Assembly (NCBI GenBank): GCA_977030845.1 | Contig: OZ365112.1 | Location: forward strand, 9,176,001 to 9,240,000 | Direction of reading: 5' to 3' | Length of the DNA: 64,000 nt | Source of the DNA: Fimbriosthenelais zetlandica | Taxonomy: Eukaryota | Shown here: positions 59,630 through 64,000 of the stretch, piece after piece | Layout: each line of letters opens with the position of its first letter | Numbering within the stretch: the first letter of the stretch is position 1 | Notes under the pieces: model-generated | Seen by the model: the letters and a program-made list of their open reading frames with translations, nothing else | What the model was told of the DNA's origin: nothing | Database searches by the model: none | Position numbers and translations under genes: made by a program

Positions 59630-61240
59630 TAAATCCCTTTTCGATGTTACCTGGATCGCTACACATTTTATAAGCTACTGATAAGCATTGTTGATTTGGG
59701 CTTTTTTTCGTTCGAGTTGCTGAGGGGAGGGGGCGGTCGGGGTTTAATATTGATTGGAAGGCAAATCCAATGCAGACAGCTTAGATCCTGCTCTGCGTTT
59801 TGTCTTCCTCCGCGCTCTCCCTTCTCTGCGTCAAATGCCGCCCCCTTCAGTGCCCCTCTGGCTTTGCGAAAATCCCGCCCGTGGCCTCTGCAAGCCCTCT
59901 GACCACTGAAGCGTTAAAAAAGTTGAGGCTATTTTTGGCATATTTTCTCTCCAACTTTACCTCCTCCCATGATCCTTTGCGGCTCGATTTTTAAGAAGTT
60001 GAATATCTCCGCAATTAAGGGGTCTAAAATTACAATTGAAACGGATTATTCTTAGTTGGGAGCACCTCCAGGGGGCTATGTGGTTTTTATTCCAATAAGA
60101 TTAATTTAAAATTTCAGATTATGAAAATGGACCGAATTTTCGCTCTCAGCATTGATCCCTATGGAAGAAGCAAACAATGCGACAGTGGCGACCCGAGATT
60201 TTCAGCGGAAAAAAGATGAACTACGCGGCTAAGATCTACCCAACGATACCAACGCTCTCAAGTACTCTTGGCTTATATCAGAGAGGGGTGGGATTGTCCG
60301 GTATGGGGAGTGGGTCAGAATTGTGGTGGGACTTAGGGATGGGGCGGGACGGGGGCTAAATAACATTGAGCAAAATTAATATTTATGTTTTTTTTTAATT
60401 TATTTTATTTCTCGAAAACTACTAGGCCTAAAATTACGATCTGAACGGGGAAATCTCAGTTGAGAGCCGAAGTATGTTAGTACACACTTTTTGAATGAAT
60501 AAAATTGATTTAAAACCTGAGATTTTGAAAATGTGCTGATTTTTCGGGGTTGACACCACCAATGCTAAATTGTCTGTTAGCTTTACTGAAACTGGATAGA
60601 GAGAGCCCTGGTGGTTCACATTGTCGCCGCTGGAAATCTCGGGTCGCCACTGTCGCGCTTGCTGCTTCTTCCATAGGGATCAATGCTGAGGGTGAAAATT
60701 CGGTCCATTTCCAAAATCTGAAATTTTAAATTTATTGTATTGGAATAAAAACCACATAGCCAGCTGGAGGTGCTCCCAACTAAGAATAATCCGTTTCAAT
60801 TGTAATTTTAGACCCCTTAATTGCGGAGATATTCAACTTCTTAGAAATCGAGCCGCAAAGGATCATGGGAGGAGGTAAAGTTGGAGAAAAAATATGCCCA
60901 AAATAGCCTCAAGTTTTTCAACGCTTCAGTGGTCAGAGAGCTTCAAGAGGCCACGGGTGGGAGGTTCGCACAGCCAGATTGAGGGGCACTGAAGGGGTGT
61001 GGCATTGGATACAGAGAAGGGAGAGAGCGGAGAAGGAAGAGGAAGAGGAGACGCCGCAAGGCAGGATATATATCTAAGCTTGGATAACTAGCTATATTAT
61101 ATATTGAAGCAAAGAGGCCATGCAACGATTAACTCTATGGGACTTAGTTCCTCTCGCCCCCGCCCTCCTCTCATCAGCTACTCAAACAACAAAAAACCAA
61201 AGCCAAAATCAACACTCTAAGCAGCTTATAGTGATTAACA

Positions 61241-61309
61241 ACACGGTGATTCGAACCCCGGTCTCTCGCATTCCGGGCGAGCGTCTTACCTCTAGACTAC
61301 CACGCACAC
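61241..61309 (-). pseudogene. tRNA-like head in right foldback arm
   Basis: Minus strand: D stem gtct/agac, anticodon stem ctcgc/gcgag with loop ccggaat, T loop ttcgaat; acceptor stem unpaired. Confidence 0.65.
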
Positions 61310-61384
61310 ACACTCCCCATGCCTTTCAGCTCATTGCAGGACACTCACTCAAAGTTGAAGGCTCAATCACAATGTTTATAATTA

Positions 61385-61725
61385 GCTTGCCCCCCGGACT
61401 CCTCCCCGTCCCCCAACCCCATGTCCACTCTCCAGCAGTCCCACCAACCCCCTACGAAAACCCCAGTCCGATTTGAAACGGCTAACCTGTTAAAATCCCT
61501 TGGACTAGGCTACTGTGTAGGTACCGCCCATAGGCTCCAATGTTAAAAAATATTTAGCCCCCGGGACCCCTCCCCGGCCCCCAATGTCCACCCCTAGCCC
61601 CATGTATACCCCCGGCACCCACCCGAACTCCCTCCTAAAAATTCAGCCCGATTTGAAAAGGCTAACATGTCTAAATCCATTGGATTCTGCAAAAGTGTCC
61701 CGCCCATAGGCGCAATGTTAAAAAT
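61385..61725. repeat. Direct duplication with 180-bp period, related in reverse orientation to the foldback spacer
   Basis: ccgatttgaaa at 61468 and 61648; aatgttaaaaaatatttagccccc resembles the reverse complement of ggggctaaataacatt (about 60350). Confidence 0.7.
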
Positions 61726-61989
61726 CACTCACGATTACAGGAATGTGTGCCACTAAGCCGGTTTACCAGTCCACTACAATCGGCTTTTACTCTACCTAAT
61801 ACATATTATTTTCACCCAAGACCACGGTTATGTATAACTTATGACCTCTACTGATAAATCTCAAAAGAGTGGAGACAAAAGACGTGGAAAACCCCGATTT
61901 CTGCGAAGTTGACAAATCGGCCGCGCGTATACAGGCCTATAATTTGGCCTTTTAAAAACCTTAACAGCGCCCTCTCACTAAAAGTCGAA

Positions 61990-62795
61990 AAAGTTGAATA
62001 ACTCTGTAAATAATAAGTCTAAAATTACAACTCAAACGGATTATTCTTAGTTGGAAGCATCTCCAAGTATCCATGTGGTTTTTGTTCAATTAAACGTTAT
62101 TTAAAATTTCGATTTTTGAAAATGGAGTGAATTTGAGGTTTTAGCATTGGACTCTATGGAAGAACAAGCCAGAGCGTTTGAAGCGACCCCGAGATTTATA
62201 GCGGCAAAAAGATGAACTACACTACTATGATCTACCCAAGGATACAACGCTCTCTCAACTCCTGGCTGATATCAGAGTGGGTGGGATTGTTTGGTATGGG
62301 GAGTGGGTCAGATTTGTGCTGGGATTAGGGATGGGGTGGCGGGGGGGGGGGGGCTAAATAACATCGAGCAAAATTGTATGTGTTTTTTTATTTCTTTATT
62401 TTCTCGAAAACTAAAAGGTCTAAAATTAGGGGAAATCTTAGTTGAGAGCCGAAGTATGTTAGTACACACTTCTTGATTGAATAAAATTGATTTAAAACTT
62501 GAGATTTTGAAAATGTGCTGATTTTTCGGGGTTGACACCGCCAATGCTAAATCGTCTATTAGCTTCACTGAAACTGGATAGAGAGAGCACTGGTAGTTCA
62601 CCTAGTCGCCGCTGCAACTCGGGTCGCCACTGTCGCGCTTGCTGCTTCTTCCATTGGGATCAATGCTGAGGGTGAAAATTCGGTCAATTTTGAAAATCGA
62701 AAGTTTTAAATCAACTTTATTGATTCAAAAGTTATGTCCTAACCTAGTTCGGCTCCCAACTAAGAATATTCCGAAGAGATCGTAATTTTAGGCAC
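61990..62795 (+). mobile_element. Second, shorter copy of the foldback element (inner arms plus spacer)
   Basis: Direct similarity to 59995-60815 throughout, including the spacer gagagccgaagtatgttagtacacact. Confidence 0.85.
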
Positions 62796-63364
62796 GGTAG
62801 TTTTCGAGAAATTAGAAAAATAAAAAAATCGTCATTTTTATGAACTACTCACAATCGATCGAGGCGCGCATAATTAAGGCCACTAGAGGAACTAAGCTCC
62901 ATTCAGTTGAAGTTGGCCTTTTAGTTTCGTATTTACTTAGATCACCAACTAGACATTATCCCACAGAAGTAAAAATACGCAGTGATATACTTTTTCGATG
63001 TACGAGTTTTGACACTGATTTGACAAGTCCTTGTCCTCCTGTATTTGATGTTTAGTTTGATTCCAGTCGTGAGTTTCGGAGAGTGGGTGGGCGGGTGGTC
63101 CAAGTCACTGCGCACTGAAGCATGAGATGGGGTAGGTGCATGTCCCCAGCTGGTCAGCTATGCATATACCTTTGGATAGCATACTTAGAGGTTAAACCAC
63201 GAGTGAAACGAATTATACCACGATTGAAATTTTTTTTATATACCAATGAATAGTTCAGAAATAGTGTAAATCGATTCCCTTTTCCTTGTGTTGATACCAA
63301 ATAGCTACAGAGCAGAAAATGAACTTTGAATTGGTGGAGTGGTATAATAGCCTATATATGTCAT

Positions 63365-64000
63365 AAGCGGCAGCAGCAGCAGGTGCACTAGCAGCAGCAG
63401 GAGTTCAAAGCTATTGAAGGTCTCATGGGCGCCACCCAGCCAGCTCTACGTGGGATTACATATAATACGTGATCCGTCATAGCTCAGATGGTAGAGCGTT
63501 GGATTTCAAATCCAGGGGTTCTGTTTTCGAATCCCCTTTGGGAGAATGCTTTTTTGCTTTTGGCGCCTTATTCTGCTAACAAAAAGTAATCCGTTTCCAG
63601 TGCAGCCTCAAATCACCCACCATTCCCTAAAGAATTTTTATTAATGATTATCAAGTCCAAAAACTGGTTTTCCGACTATTTATTCCCCACAATTTAATAA
63701 ACGTTTTGCCTCGGCAGCAGATGCAGCGCCACCAGAAGCCTCGGGAGCAGATGCAGCGGCAGCAGATGGAGGAGCAGCAGATGGAATGGCAGCAGATGGC
63801 AAAGCAGCAGATGGCAATGGGCGCCACTTTTAGCTTTTAGCTTTAGGGAAACGGTTCCAGTATGTAAGCCTTGCTAGCTCATATGGTAAAGTGCTTGGTT
63901 TCAAACCCTAAGGTCCTGGGATCGAATCCCTTTTGGCACTATGCTTTTACGTTTTTTAGCGCTTTGTCTGTAACTAATAATTATCAAGTGCACAATCTGG
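63365..64000 (+). repeat. ~392-bp tandem unit (2 copies, second runs to the window end): (GCA)-rich tract plus tRNA-like segment plus T-tract
   Basis: atgggcgccac at 63425 and 63817; tagctca at 63480 and 63875; both units end in taat(g/a)attatcaagt. Confidence 0.75.

Larger units (their letters stand above)
59510..61385. mobile_element. Foldback element: two ~700-750-bp inverted arms around a ~420-bp spacer (ends approximate)
   Basis: About 59780-60208 is the reverse complement of 60627-61080 at high identity (e.g. ggattattcttagttgggagcacctcca / tggaggtgctcccaactaagaataatcc); outer arms more diverged but alignable by eye. Confidence 0.85.

Noticed and set aside
59562-63950. Functional tRNA genes (Ser-GGA or Sec/Trp-TCA)
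   Set aside because: All four tRNA-like segments lack a paired acceptor stem and/or T stem and sit inside repeats.

Overview
Animal (invertebrate-type) nuclear genomic DNA: AT-rich, spliceosomal introns, dense in repeats, four N gaps. I cannot place the taxon more precisely. No CRISPR array, rRNA or intact tRNA gene was seen. There are three protein-coding genes, all on +. (1) The 3' part of a LIV-1-subfamily ZIP zinc transporter (ZIP6/ZIP10/foi-like; 8 exons, 3-6484; the 5' end lies outside the window). (2) A single-exon 491-aa glycosyltransferase family 92-type protein (11445-12920). (3) A complete second ZIP6/ZIP10-like paralog (10 coding exons, 24737-56506, 811 aa by my exon assembly) with the same intron positions and phases as copy 1, a 24.6-kb intron, and a probable promoter and non-coding first exon at about 15.7-16.4 kb. 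The most unusual feature is a ~1.4-kb minus-strand unit (13570-15010). It carries a minimal Penelope-type hammerhead ribozyme, a polyA signal, an apparent 201-nt intron and a low-complexity ORF with no RT or endonuclease motifs. Also notable: a ~1.9-kb foldback element with tRNA-like heads in both arms, a tandem repeat with UCA-anticodon tRNA-like units, a MITE-like element carrying telomeric repeats, satellites derived from a SINE core and from a MITE interior, and a compact CTCF/DR5 motif cluster in the long intron. Repeat family names come from my recollection of consensus features, not from database searches.
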